Under the pieces are notes generated by a model, which saw only the letters and a list, made by a program, of their open reading frames with translations, was not told the DNA's origin and searched no databases. From Archaeoglobaceae archaeon (GTDB lineage Archaea; Halobacteriota; Archaeoglobi; Archaeoglobales; Archaeoglobaceae), in the NCBI GenBank assembly GCA_027036775.1, contig JALWDS010000044.1, positions 6,260 to 70,259 of the forward strand: DNA of 64,000 bases, written 5' to 3'. Both the position numbers and the translations under genes were made by a program. Below are positions 1-8,336 of this stretch, in pieces (position 1 is the stretch's first letter; each line of letters starts with the position of its first letter).

Positions 1-507
1 GAATCCCTTCTCACCTTGCAAGATGCATCTTAGCTTCCTGTAAGTTGCGTATCTCCTCAAAGCTTCAAGCATGCTCGTAGTGTAGATGTTCTGCCCCGTT
101 GAGATGTCCGCATAGATTTCATCAATTCCAAGTTTTACAAGCTCCTTGAAGATGTACACAATCGTATTTTCCACAGAACCTTCAAATCGAACGGTGTATT
201 TCCTAGAGTAAACTCCAACCGATGGAATAATCAAAACTTCTGCATCTACGTCTAAAAGCTCAAGAATTCTATCCTTAAACTTCTCCCTATTTTTCAGCAA
301 TTCAACTGCCTCATCAATATCGTTTTCAATCTCAGTAATCAGGCTATCTGGAGCTAATAGAACAACTTTCGCATCTTTACGATCTTTCAACCATTTGTAA
401 ATTGCGAAAGCTGACAACTTCTCAAAGTATTCCTTCTCATCGATAACGAATCTAAGTTTCTTGTAAAATCTTGGAATTCCCAACACCTGAAGGATCGCAG
501 TAGTCAT
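1..507 (-). CDS. CARF-type CRISPR-associated protein (Csx1/TM1812-like), N-terminal 169 codons; gene continues past the window edge
   Basis: Absent from the ORF track because it runs off the window. Manual translation from ATG (505-507, minus): MTTAILQVLGIPRFYKKLRFVIDEKEYF...VKLGIDEIYADISTGQNIYTTSMLEALRRY. It has a Rossmann-like N-domain and a D-I-S-T-G-x-N motif resembling the DxTHG signature of CARF Cas accessory proteins. It lies 6 nt downstream of cas6 on the same strand. Confidence 0.5.
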   Translation of the reverse strand, partial: MTTAILQVLGIPRFYKKLRFVIDEKEYFEKLSAFAIYKWLKDRKDAKVVLLAPDSLITEIENDIDEAVELLKNREKFKDRILELLDVDAEVLIIPSVGVYSRKYTVRFEGSVENTIVYIFKELVKLGIDEIYADISTGQNIYTTSMLEALRRYATYRKLRCILQGEKGF

Positions 508-513
508 AACCCA

Positions 514-1287
514 TCATTCAATCCTAACGTATTTTATCTTTCCCAAACCCGATGTTCTCCCACCGCCGACATTTGAATACTCTCCAAAGCTGAGAAGTCT
601 TGACGTAATCCTCGCAAATTCCTTATTATACGTATCGTCTGGAAGCGAAAAGCTGACTTCTCCAACGAAACCAACCGACCATAACCCTTTCTTCAGCAAA
701 ACTTTCTCCGTTCTGATGTTGCAATCAGATACCGCAATACCCCATTTGTCGAGCCATTCCCTATACTCTTTCGGCAAACTTGAAACGTATGCTTCGTAAA
801 GCCTTGCCAAACTTCTGAATAGAAGTTGCGGGAGGGGTAGTGAAACGAACCTGTAATCCAAATTTGGAACTCTAAAATAGCACGGCGTTAGAAACTTTAT
901 TCTGAATTTTCTAATTTCTTCATCTTTAAAATCGTCAACGTATCTGACCTTTATCCTATCCAATTCGTTGAGCATGCCAAGAAAGGGGATTCGATCGATA
1001 CTTACTAAATATTCTTTTAGAGCCTCTCCAACCTCCTCAACGAACACCGAAATCGTAAAGGAGTATTTTTCTCCTTCTACAAGCTTTTCAATAGAGTAGT
1101 TATTGCTCTTGAATACTGGAGAGGTTGCAAAAGGTGAAAGCCCCTTACTGGTATGCAATTCTTCGGCTAAAATCCTATTTATCTTTCTTAAAGTCCAGTA
1201 TAAAAATCCCCTAACGTAAGCCCCGGAATACATCCAGAAGTACCTCGATTCCGATGCTATGAAATCAATGGTGAAGTGGACTATCAT
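514..1287 (-). CDS. cas6: CRISPR-associated endoribonuclease Cas6
   Basis: 257 aa RAMP-like protein with the typical C-terminal glycine-rich loop (FGEYSNVGGGRTSGLGKIKY). Directly upstream of the CARF gene. Confidence 0.85.
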   Translation of the reverse strand: MIVHFTIDFIASESRYFWMYSGAYVRGFLYWTLRKINRILAEELHTSKGLSPFATSPVFKSNNYSIEKLVEGEKYSFTISVFVEEVGEALKEYLVSIDRIPFLGMLNELDRIKVRYVDDFKDEEIRKFRIKFLTPCYFRVPNLDYRFVSLPLPQLLFRSLARLYEAYVSSLPKEYREWLDKWGIAVSDCNIRTEKVLLKKGLWSVGFVGEVSFSLPDDTYNKEFARITSRLLSFGEYSNVGGGRTSGLGKIKYVRIE

Positions 1288-1482
1288 TTCAACCGTAAAT
1301 AATCAAAACTTAAAAAATTCACTATGGTGGTTTCGAAAAATTATCAATTAAAGTATAGCTTCTCTTTTAACTACATAGAATAATATAATATATAGAATAA
1401 TATTTAGTTATACATATTTATTTTTTATTAACTATCAATTATCTCTTTAGCCAAAGCATATCTATCCAATCTTTTAGCATCT

Positions 1483-1503
1483 GATTAACTACGATAGTTA
1501 ATC
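1483..1503. repeat. Island palindrome copy 1: GATTAACT-ACGAT-AGTTAATC
   Basis: Perfect 8-bp inverted arms with a 5-nt spacer, 38 nt upstream of the HTH gene start. Confidence 0.9.
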
Positions 1504-1519
1504 AAAAGGTTGAAATAGT

Positions 1520-1540
1520 GACTAACCGTAATGGTTAATC
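1520..1540. repeat. Island palindrome copy 2: GACTAACC-GTAAT-GGTTAATC
   Basis: 7/8 arm complementarity. Ends at the base before the ATG at 1541. With copy 1 it flanks an AT-rich TATA-like stretch (1509-1516). Confidence 0.9.
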
Positions 1541-1837
1541 ATGGCTTTGGTAAACTGGCTCAAGGTTTTGAGAGCTTTACAGATGGCTGAAGAAATCAAG
1601 AGAAATCTCGACTACTGTACTAATCTTATACAGAGAAACGCATGCAACTGTAAACACGGTGAACTCTGTCAAAGAGCCTTAGCAATTGCCACAGGTTTAT
1701 CAGATAATGCCATCAAGAACATGTTGCTTAGACTCGAATTGTATAGAGAAGAGTTAGGAGACTGGTTCCCGTTCGAGATCAGAAAAATTGATGCCGGGAT
1801 GAACCAACCGAGAAAGTTCATAAGGCTAAGATCCTGA
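1541..1837 (+). CDS. Small helix-turn-helix DNA-binding protein, function unknown
   Basis: 98 aa. Has an HTH-like segment (QRALAIATGLSDNAIKNMLLRLE) followed by a basic wing-like tail. The gene is bracketed by palindrome copies 1-3. Confidence 0.55.
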   Translation: MALVNWLKVLRALQMAEEIKRNLDYCTNLIQRNACNCKHGELCQRALAIATGLSDNAIKNMLLRLELYREELGDWFPFEIRKIDAGMNQPRKFIRLRS

Positions 1838-1856
1838 TTAACCACTGTGGTTAATC
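1836..1856. repeat. Island palindrome copy 3: GATTAACC-ACTGT-GGTTAATC
   Basis: Perfect arms, extendable to 10 bp (CTGATTAACC/GGTTAATCAG, 1834-1858). Overlaps the TGA stop codon of the HTH gene. Confidence 0.9.
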
Positions 1857-1955
1857 AGATGTATAATAATTAAATCAACTGTTGAGCTAAGCCAAAGATT
1901 ATAACAACGACACTACCAACCACAAAGCATAGTAATTATATCGAGGTGGGAGGTA

Positions 1956-2539
1956 ATGTACTTTGATCCGAGGCCGAAGAGAAAGAGGGAAGGTTTATAC
2001 GATAGAGATAAAGAGCTTGAAAAGTGTTGGAAATATTCGATTACTTCAAGAGTAAGGATTTTCTCGTAAAGGGATTCGAGCAAGTTGGATTGGACGTTGA
2101 AAAAGATGTTACAAATTATGCTTGCGAGAAGCTCGACGGAATCGTCGGCTGGCTCGTTCACTTCGGCTTGAAATGCTTGGAGAAGAAGACTTCTAAGGAC
2201 GTGGTTGAGGAAGTTTTAGGTGAAGCCAGCAAAATTTCGTTCGAAGAGCTCAACAAGTTTTTAGAAAAGCACAGACCAGCAGAAAAAAGAATTTTTGAGA
2301 TCGCAAAAGCCATCGCAACGGGCAAGAAAACTTGGAGTGAGATTAAGAGACACTTGGAATCGGTGGATCAAAGATCTATTCCCGACGCTTCCTTAAACAG
2401 AGCTATCAAAACTCTAATTAAAGCCTCCTTCGTGGAGAAAATCGTCGATGGTAGAAATGTTTACTATCAGCTTACCGATCCAGTTCTAAAAATTCAATTA
2501 ATCGTTACGGTTAATCAAACTTCAAAATTTATCGAATAG
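1956..2539 (+). pseudogene. Remnant of an archaeal AAA ATPase (PF01637-type ATPase plus C-terminal wHTH) with the P-loop domain deleted
   Basis: A strong SD (GAGGTGGGAGGT) precedes an ATG at 1956 that encodes MYFDPRPKRKREGLYDRDKELEK, the typical N-terminus of this family (compare FHNREKEI in the intact paralog at 62534). The frame changes near 2018-2026. It then continues as FDYFKSKDFLVKGFEQVGLDV...GIVGWLVHFG...KKTWSEIKRHL...YYQLTDPVL, the C-terminal third of the family. No Walker A motif is present. Confidence 0.6.
2496..2516. repeat. Island palindrome copy 4: AATTAATC-GTTAC-GGTTAATC
   Basis: Left arm matches the consensus at 6/8. Lies inside the last codons of the ATPase remnant. Confidence 0.7.
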
Positions 2540-2559
2540 AGAAAAACATCGAGAGAAAA

Positions 2560-3142
2560 GTGATAACAGCTCATCTAAAGCGGGTGAGAACCATGCTGAT
2601 CGGGATAGGGGGAGCGACGCTCTCGGGAAAGACAACTATAACTCTTAAACTCTGCGAAGAGCTATTGAAGAGAGGTTTTAGGGTAGGGATAGTCCTGGAA
2701 TTTGCGGAGACCGTAGCGAAAGAAATGGGATACAGTAAAATCGAAGAAGTCAGAAGAAATCCTAAAAAATACTCCCAATTCGAGCTTGAAATTCTTTTTA
2801 GGAAGGTAACGCTCGAAGAACGATTAAAAGAGCGATTTGACTTCGTGATAAGCGACACCACTCCAGCAGAAGTTATCCTTATACTCTAAACTCTACTTAC
2901 CTTACGAATTATTAGAAATCGTGGAAGGTATAACTAGGAAATACCTTAACAGATATGACGTGGTTTTCTTACTCGAACCTCTAAACGTTCAATCTAACAA
3001 CGGATTCAGATCAAAACAAGACATAGCGAGCAGAAAAAAGCACTATGCAATTCTAAAAAACATTTACCCCCAATACGTAGAAATTCCAACGGCACCGATA
3101 GACGAAAGACTGAAACTAATTCTAAACAAACTACTATCATAA
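2560..3142 (+). pseudogene. P-loop NTPase/kinase (AAA_28-like) split by one frameshift
   Basis: ORFs 2560-2889 and 2921-3142 are in different frames. The first carries Walker A (GGATLSGKTT). The second frame is open from about 2868 (SLYSKLYLPYELLEIVEGITRKYLNRYDVVFLLEP) and continues the same fold. A single frameshift near 2865-2875 would restore a protein of about 185 aa. Confidence 0.5.
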
Positions 3143-3144
3143 GT

Positions 3145-3165
3145 GAGTAACCACTACGGTTATTC
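3145..3165. repeat. Island palindrome copy 5: GAGTAACC-ACTAC-GGTTATTC
   Basis: Starts 2 nt after the stop at 3142. The 21 nt TAACCACTACGGTTATTCAAT (3148-3168) are identical to 11461-11481. Confidence 0.85.
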
Positions 3166-3249
3166 AATTGCGGGTAGATCGTAACGTTGTCATATTATGA
3201 CACCTCCCATAACGGTAATTGTCAAGTCCTGACATCTACTATCGCGAGT

Positions 3250-3270
3250 GATTAACCACAGCGGTAAATC
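3250..3270. repeat. Island palindrome copy 6: GATTAACC-ACAGC-GGTAAATC
   Basis: 7/8 right arm. The left flank GCGAGTG (3244-3250) is shared with copy 7. A further half-site GTTTAATC lies at 3288-3295. Confidence 0.8.
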
Positions 3271-3661
3271 AACCTCTGGTCCATAGCGTTTAATCAATCA
3301 AGGATGGTAATCTACTTCAAGTTTCCAGCCTTTTCTTTTTCAATTCGATGATTTCATCAAGCTTAAGTTTCCTAAGCTCTTTTTCAAGCTCTGGAGTTCT
3401 TAGCTCCTCAACTTTCAACCTAGGATCCAACACTTTCCTCTCAAGTTCTTTAATCCTTTCTCATTATCTCTCAAGAAAATACCTCTCAAAGCCTTTAGAG
3501 CGTTCCAGTAATCGTATTAACGTGGTAGAATTTGGTGATTTTTTTTCTTCTTTCTTTTATCTGAGTGTGTTTAAGTACTACTTTTTAGGTTTAGTACATA
3601 TGGTATCTATCTCACATAGTTGGATAATTACAGGTGTAAGCGTATGTGAAAGGGGTGAAAG

Positions 3662-3811
3662 TTAAGCTTTTCTAATGACAATTTCGCCATTTTTCTCGTA
3701 GTAAACTAAGAGATCACCCTCTTTTAGTCCGAGCTTTTCGACTACTGCTCTTATGATCGTTGTTTTGAAGCCTTTGCTAACTTTAGATGTTCCCAATAAC
3801 TTTTCACCCAT
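3662..3811 (-). CDS. AbrB/SpoVT-fold antitoxin-like protein (orphan, 49 aa)
   Basis: Below the ORF-track size cutoff. Manual translation: MGEKLLGTSKVSKGFKTTIIRAVVEKLGLKEGDLLVYYEKNGEIVIRKA, a looped-hinge-helix pattern like the VapB at 11892. No toxin gene follows, only a start-less coiled-coil remnant (about 3325-3470, minus). Confidence 0.55.
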   Translation of the reverse strand: MGEKLLGTSKVSKGFKTTIIRAVVEKLGLKEGDLLVYYEKNGEIVIRKA

Positions 3812-3891
3812 GAGTTACGATTGACCGAAAAGTACTTATAGTTACTGGTTCTAAAAGTTACTAAAGTACTAAAAGTTCGAGAGGTGGCAAA

Positions 3892-4201
3892 ATGTTTAGA
3901 ATCCCTCGAGTCCTCACGAGCATTGAAACAATGAGAGAAATCTGCGAGGAGTTGAAGTATGGTAGTAAAAGTGCTAGAGAGCTGGCTGAAAAATTAGACA
4001 AGTCGGAAAATACGGTAAAGCAGTATTTGAACTCTATGAAGAGGTTTAAACTCGTAAGGTTCAACTCTAAAAGAAGGATACTTCTACGCAATTGGCGGTA
4101 AGTCTGTAAAAGTACCACAATCTCTCTTAGACTGGCTTAAGAGTAACGCAGAAATAAAGGAGTGCAAATCAGAGCCAACTTATTACGGAACTTGTAGCTG
4201 A
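3892..4201 (+). pseudogene. Winged-HTH regulator, probably frameshifted
   Basis: The 69-aa ORF (3892-4101) has an HTH (SARELAEKLDKSENTVKQYLNSMKRFKLV). The +1 frame continues from about 4075 as EGYFYAIGGKSVKVPQSLLDWLKSNAEIKECKSEPTYYGTCS and stops at 4199-4201, which looks like the missing wing and C-terminus. Confidence 0.4.
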
Positions 4202-4226
4202 GAGTTTTAATTTTTTATTTTTTATT

Positions 4227-6038
4227 TTAATAGATAATTCTAAGAATAATTGTAAGCACAAAACCAATTAAACAAAGCCATAGCAAGTTGACGAATGGTA
4301 TATATCTCAACAATATCATTGTAGGTTTGTTTTTGAAACAGCTAATGTTCTTCTCAAGCACTTTAGAGTAGTTTAGAGAAAATTGCGTAGCTAAGTGCTT
4401 AGCAATCGTAGGAGAGTATTTGTTAACAACTTTTATGCTCCAAACTATTAAGTCGAGCTGTTCTAACTCGTTAGATGGTATGACGAGATAGTACTGACCT
4501 AACAAATCGTTAACGATTACGGGATCCGTGTATATAGCTTCACTTGGCCGTTTTAGGGCTTTAATAACGTATAAATAGGTCGTAAACTTCACTTTAAGCC
4601 CGTCACAAGTTGTATATGTTTCTTTAGCTATCACATTGGGTATCTTTAGCCCATGAACATTCAAGTACTCGATAGGCTTTTCGTAATAGCGATGTGATTG
4701 GCAGATTTTATATTCCCACGATTCGTAAAACGCAAAGGGCCATGCCACGAAAAACGAAACTATAATCAGTCCAACTAATACGTGCATGACTAGCAAAACG
4801 TTATCTTTGATTATTACCTTCCTTCCGGATAACAATTTGAGAATAGTGTATACAACTGGGGGTACGATACCTAAAATCAAAGCGCTCGTAAGATTTGGTG
4901 CGGATTCTCTCGTAATATCTACTAACCATCCGAAGATAAAAGAGACAGCTGTAATAAATAGGACGACAGTTATAGACTTCTTTGAAGATTTTACATTCTC
5001 ATTAGGCGTTACTACTAAAATTATAGTTAGTATGACGAATGTAACAACCATGTATGCTAAAGGAGATATGGTTCTCCCGAAACTGGCTGTAAAGATAATA
5101 GCTATTGCATAAAGTATCGCAAGCATTAGTAATAGTTTTCCTCCGAATTTTACCCCCCGCTCGTCGTATAACTTTAGTAATTCGAGAACTTTACTTCTGT
5201 AATTTCTATATATATAATACGCAAAAATAAGAACGATAATTATGAAAACATAACTGGCTGGACTGATTTTCAAAAGACCATACCAATGAAGAGTCGAGAC
5301 GCCTATTCTAGTGAAGCAAGCGGAGAACCCGACGAAAAAACCTAACAGAGACAACACAGACTTATCTCGCACATGCCAATAGGACGTAAAAACCAGCCAC
5401 GGTATCAAAAGTGAAACCTCGACGGGATCCCAACCCCAAAAACCGCCCCATCCTAATGTAAAATACGCCCAAACTGCACCCATTACATTGGCAAGAGATA
5501 AGAAAAGGTATGCTAATCTTAATATCCTTAAACCTATGTTGTATCTTTGAGTAGCTAACAAAGCTACATAAAGACAAAAAGCGTAGGATAAAAATGTAAA
5601 GAAAGGATGTAATATTGCGTAGATGTTTCTAAATGTATGATCTAAGGATAGTCCATCTCCTAATATAGTTCTATTTAGGTAGTACGCTCCTTCCAAAAAC
5701 GCTGATAAAACGAGTAGTACACAGGTGATAACAAATACTCTATTTGTTTTTTTAGTGAATAAAGCCAACAAAGCGTAAACTAGGTAGCACCAAACCAAAA
5801 AACCGCTTGAAGTGCTCCACGAAGCTACAAATTTTAACGATATAGGTAGTTCTTTAGAAGAAGTTAAGAAAACATTGAGCAACGTAAAATCGTTAATCAA
5901 AAACGATAACACATATAGCACGGCACTTACGATTGCTAAGATGTATCCCGCATACGCTAAACGATTTTCGAGCATTGATAATGATAACAGTAATACAGAA
6001 ACAATAGCAATCCAGCCAGTGTAGTGAATTTCGAGCAT
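4227..6038 (-). CDS. CcmF/NrfE-like heme-handling membrane protein (WWD domain)
   Basis: 603 aa, polytopic. Contains a canonical tryptophan-rich WWD motif (LGWGGFWGWDPVEVSLLIPW, residues 195-214) flanked by conserved His (AILHPFF, YWH). Also has an ASWSTSSGFLVW segment as in CcmF. Low-GC codon usage. Confidence 0.7.
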   Translation of the reverse strand: MLEIHYTGWIAIVSVLLLSLSMLENRLAYAGYILAIVSAVLYVLSFLINDFTLLNVFLTSSKELPISLKFVASWSTSSGFLVWCYLVYALLALFTKKTNRVFVITCVLLVLSAFLEGAYYLNRTILGDGLSLDHTFRNIYAILHPFFTFLSYAFCLYVALLATQRYNIGLRILRLAYLFLSLANVMGAVWAYFTLGWGGFWGWDPVEVSLLIPWLVFTSYWHVRDKSVLSLLGFFVGFSACFTRIGVSTLHWYGLLKISPASYVFIIIVLIFAYYIYRNYRSKVLELLKLYDERGVKFGGKLLLMLAILYAIAIIFTASFGRTISPLAYMVVTFVILTIILVVTPNENVKSSKKSITVVLFITAVSFIFGWLVDITRESAPNLTSALILGIVPPVVYTILKLLSGRKVIIKDNVLLVMHVLVGLIIVSFFVAWPFAFYESWEYKICQSHRYYEKPIEYLNVHGLKIPNVIAKETYTTCDGLKVKFTTYLYVIKALKRPSEAIYTDPVIVNDLLGQYYLVIPSNELEQLDLIVWSIKVVNKYSPTIAKHLATQFSLNYSKVLEKNISCFKNKPTMILLRYIPFVNLLWLCLIGFVLTIILRIIY

Positions 6039-6097
6039 GGGTAGGCTAAACGCGCGTAACTTTAAAAAGCTGGCGCTTTAAATTGTCATCATGGTAA

Positions 6098-6179
6098 TTA
6101 CGAATAAAAATTGACAATGTTTTCTAAACTCAATTTAAATAAATCTTTCCACCCCGAAAACCAAACGAGGTGAGAAAAA
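6098..6179 (+). promoter_or_regulatory. Repeated promoter/5' module, copy A
   Basis: A 32-nt box TTACGAATAAAAATTGACAATGTTTTCTAAAC (6098-6129), a TATA-like TTTAAATAAA (6134-6143), and CCACCCCGAAAACCAAACGAGGTGAGAA (6149-6176), then ATG. Matches 9985-10060 and 10381-10431. Confidence 0.7.
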
Positions 6180-6668
6180 ATGAACGAAATGCGGATAAGA
6201 ATCCTAAGTAAATATAAAGGAGCACTATTTGTAATTTTGGTATTAACATACGCGTTAATTATGCTTATCCTAACAAAAAATTATCAATGCGTTGAGGGTA
6301 GAGCTGAAATTCTCGAACATTGTGTTAACTCGGGAAAAATACCTAAAGAAGTCTACGAATACGCTCTACTATTCCAACAAAAACACCCTAAAGCAGAATT
6401 TAAATTTTGTGAAAAGGGGAGATCGTGTATAATCTACATAATTCAAAAAAACAAAGAGGATCCATTACTATACACTCGATTCAATAAATCGAAAAATACA
6501 ATAATTATATTTTATGATAATAAATACACTAACAACTACATCATTTTAAATGCAAGCAAACCTAACGCAGTTCTAGTAACTATGAAAACAAATAACGGTT
6601 TTAAAACTTATAGCTTAAATGTAAGTTCCTCTGACCTAGATATTATTCTAAGTAGAATTAAAAAATAA
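6180..6668 (+). CDS. Membrane-anchored protein, unknown function (paralogous domain with 7054-8238)
   Basis: 162 aa with an N-terminal TM (GALFVILVLTYALIMLILT). The segment IPKEVYEYALLFQQKHPKAEFKFCEKGRS...IIIFYDNKYTNNYIILN aligns with LPECVLNFAKFYSELHPDVTFELVKEGDR...VVFFYEPYKARDYITIT in the neighbouring gene. Confidence 0.6.
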   Translation: MNEMRIRILSKYKGALFVILVLTYALIMLILTKNYQCVEGRAEILEHCVNSGKIPKEVYEYALLFQQKHPKAEFKFCEKGRSCIIYIIQKNKEDPLLYTRFNKSKNTIIIFYDNKYTNNYIILNASKPNAVLVTMKTNNGFKTYSLNVSSSDLDIILSRIKK

Positions 6669-7053
6669 TTAATAATTATTTTTAATAAATTAGATTTTTA
6701 ATTTTGTTTAATGTTTTTTGATCATTCATTATATCTAATATGGTATAAACGAGATAACAACATAATATTCCATTATAAGTTTTGAAAAATGATTATCGCT
6801 GTATCCCGTTTATATCTCCATAATAAATCACATAGTCATTTTGTTGTCGATAGTAACTTTCAGCAACTTGTTCTGCCAACCTAAATAAAGCGCAACTACT
6901 CCATGTGCCCACCTACCATAAAGCATTCGAGTTCTATGTAGATGACTACCACGGAATAGGTACTCCAATAGCTACGTGCAATCTACCATAATCTCTATTT
7001 ATTTATAATTTTTTAATTTTATATTTTTAAATTATAATAAAAATATATAATAG

Positions 7054-8238
7054 TTAACGGACGGTGTAGAATACAGCTTTTGAATTGCTTGGCATTGGGA
7101 TTGAGTGCCAATCTGGATCGGGAACTACGTCAAATAATGCATATTTAACAGTTTTTCCGTCTAATTTGATGATGACCCCTGGAATCTCCATGAAAATACT
7201 TTTAAGATTATCTACAGTGAAGGCCCTCTCATTTAAAGCTACTAAATAGGGATTCATAGCAACGAGTCCTCTTAGATTTGGAAACACGTCTTGGATAGGT
7301 GTATATTCAAACATTTTAGCATCAAATCCTAAATTCTTTAATACGAGAACTTCCGCCAATGCGTAGAGTTCATAGTACTTACGATAAGACAATGGACCTT
7401 CCTCTCCACCGCTAAGCAGTAATCCTTCTAGAATCCCCCCAACATTTACTTTGATCTTCTCTACCTTGGATCCTTTAAAAGCAAATGTAGTCAATTCGTA
7501 AGTTTTAAACCAATTTTCGTTTTCGCTAATCCACCAACCGTTATTAGTTAACACAGTTCTAAAGAATTCATGAAGGATTAAAAACTCCCCCTCTTTTCCC
7601 AATCCGTAATCCTTAGCAATTTTCCTAACTTGCTCTGCAATTTCTTTCGAGATTTTCTTATCTTCAGAGTTTAAAGTTACCGTCGCCCACTTAACTTCAT
7701 AAGACGATTTACTGGCTTTTACAGATACTACCCTTTGTGGACGCAAGATCACTGATACATTTTCAAGAAGAATTGGTCTCGTCTGTAAGAACAGAGCCTG
7801 AGGTTTTTCCACCCTCTTTGGCAAATCTACAGTTATTGTAATGTAATCTCTCGCTTTGTAAGGTTCGTAGAAGAACACAACTGTCTCTAAAACATCTCCC
7901 TTATCCTTAATGTAAACACCTCTCCAAACTTCCCAAAAATTATTCCCTTCGTAAGCGTAGAGTTTAGTTCTATCCCCTTCTTTAACGAGTTCAAAAGTCA
8001 CATCTGGGTGCAGTTCCGAGTAAAATTTTGCAAAATTTAGAACGCATTCTGGTAAATTTTTACTATACGTTTCTATATCTTCTAAGGAACCTTTTGCAAT
8101 AACCACTTTTGTTGCTGAACATGATAGCAAACTGAAATCATAAATAAAGAGTGCTAACAACAGTATTCCCCCTACTATGTAGAACGACCATAACTTTTTA
8201 TCTCCCGTTACATTTCCTTTCTTCTTTTTCATAATCAA
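7054..8238 (-). CDS. Membrane-anchored extracytoplasmic protein, unknown function
   Basis: 394 aa with an N-terminal TM (LWSFYIVGGILLLALFIY). Its N-domain is paralogous to the 6180-6668 product. Low-GC. Confidence 0.6.
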   Translation of the reverse strand: MIMKKKKGNVTGDKKLWSFYIVGGILLLALFIYDFSLLSCSATKVVIAKGSLEDIETYSKNLPECVLNFAKFYSELHPDVTFELVKEGDRTKLYAYEGNNFWEVWRGVYIKDKGDVLETVVFFYEPYKARDYITITVDLPKRVEKPQALFLQTRPILLENVSVILRPQRVVSVKASKSSYEVKWATVTLNSEDKKISKEIAEQVRKIAKDYGLGKEGEFLILHEFFRTVLTNNGWWISENENWFKTYELTTFAFKGSKVEKIKVNVGGILEGLLLSGGEEGPLSYRKYYELYALAEVLVLKNLGFDAKMFEYTPIQDVFPNLRGLVAMNPYLVALNERAFTVDNLKSIFMEIPGVIIKLDGKTVKYALFDVVPDPDWHSIPMPSNSKAVFYTVR

Positions 8239-8336
8239 AGATTACTATTAAACTATTAATAAAGTTTACTATTGATCTATATAGAAACATAACTATATTA
8301 TATATGCGTAGAGTTATAAACAATCTTTTTTAGTTC

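Noticed and set aside
1288-1540. Possible CRISPR array or leader directly upstream of cas6. GTTGAAAT at 1509-1516 resembles the start of many archaeal repeats.
   Set aside because: No spaced direct repeats of 24-37 nt occur here or anywhere else in the window. The GTTGAAAT string is single and lies in the short gap between island palindrome copies 1 and 2.
3348-3665. 105-aa Ser/Leu-rich ORF on the plus strand.
   Set aside because: Low-complexity sequence that mirrors a Glu/Lys-rich coiled-coil remnant on the opposite strand. No start context.
6669-7053. Possible gene remnants in the AT-rich spacer (for example a frame ending ...AEQVAESYYRQQNDYVIYYGDINGIQR on the minus strand).
   Set aside because: Only about 30-40 codons without a credible start. 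Cannot be distinguished from chance in AT-rich DNA without a homology search.
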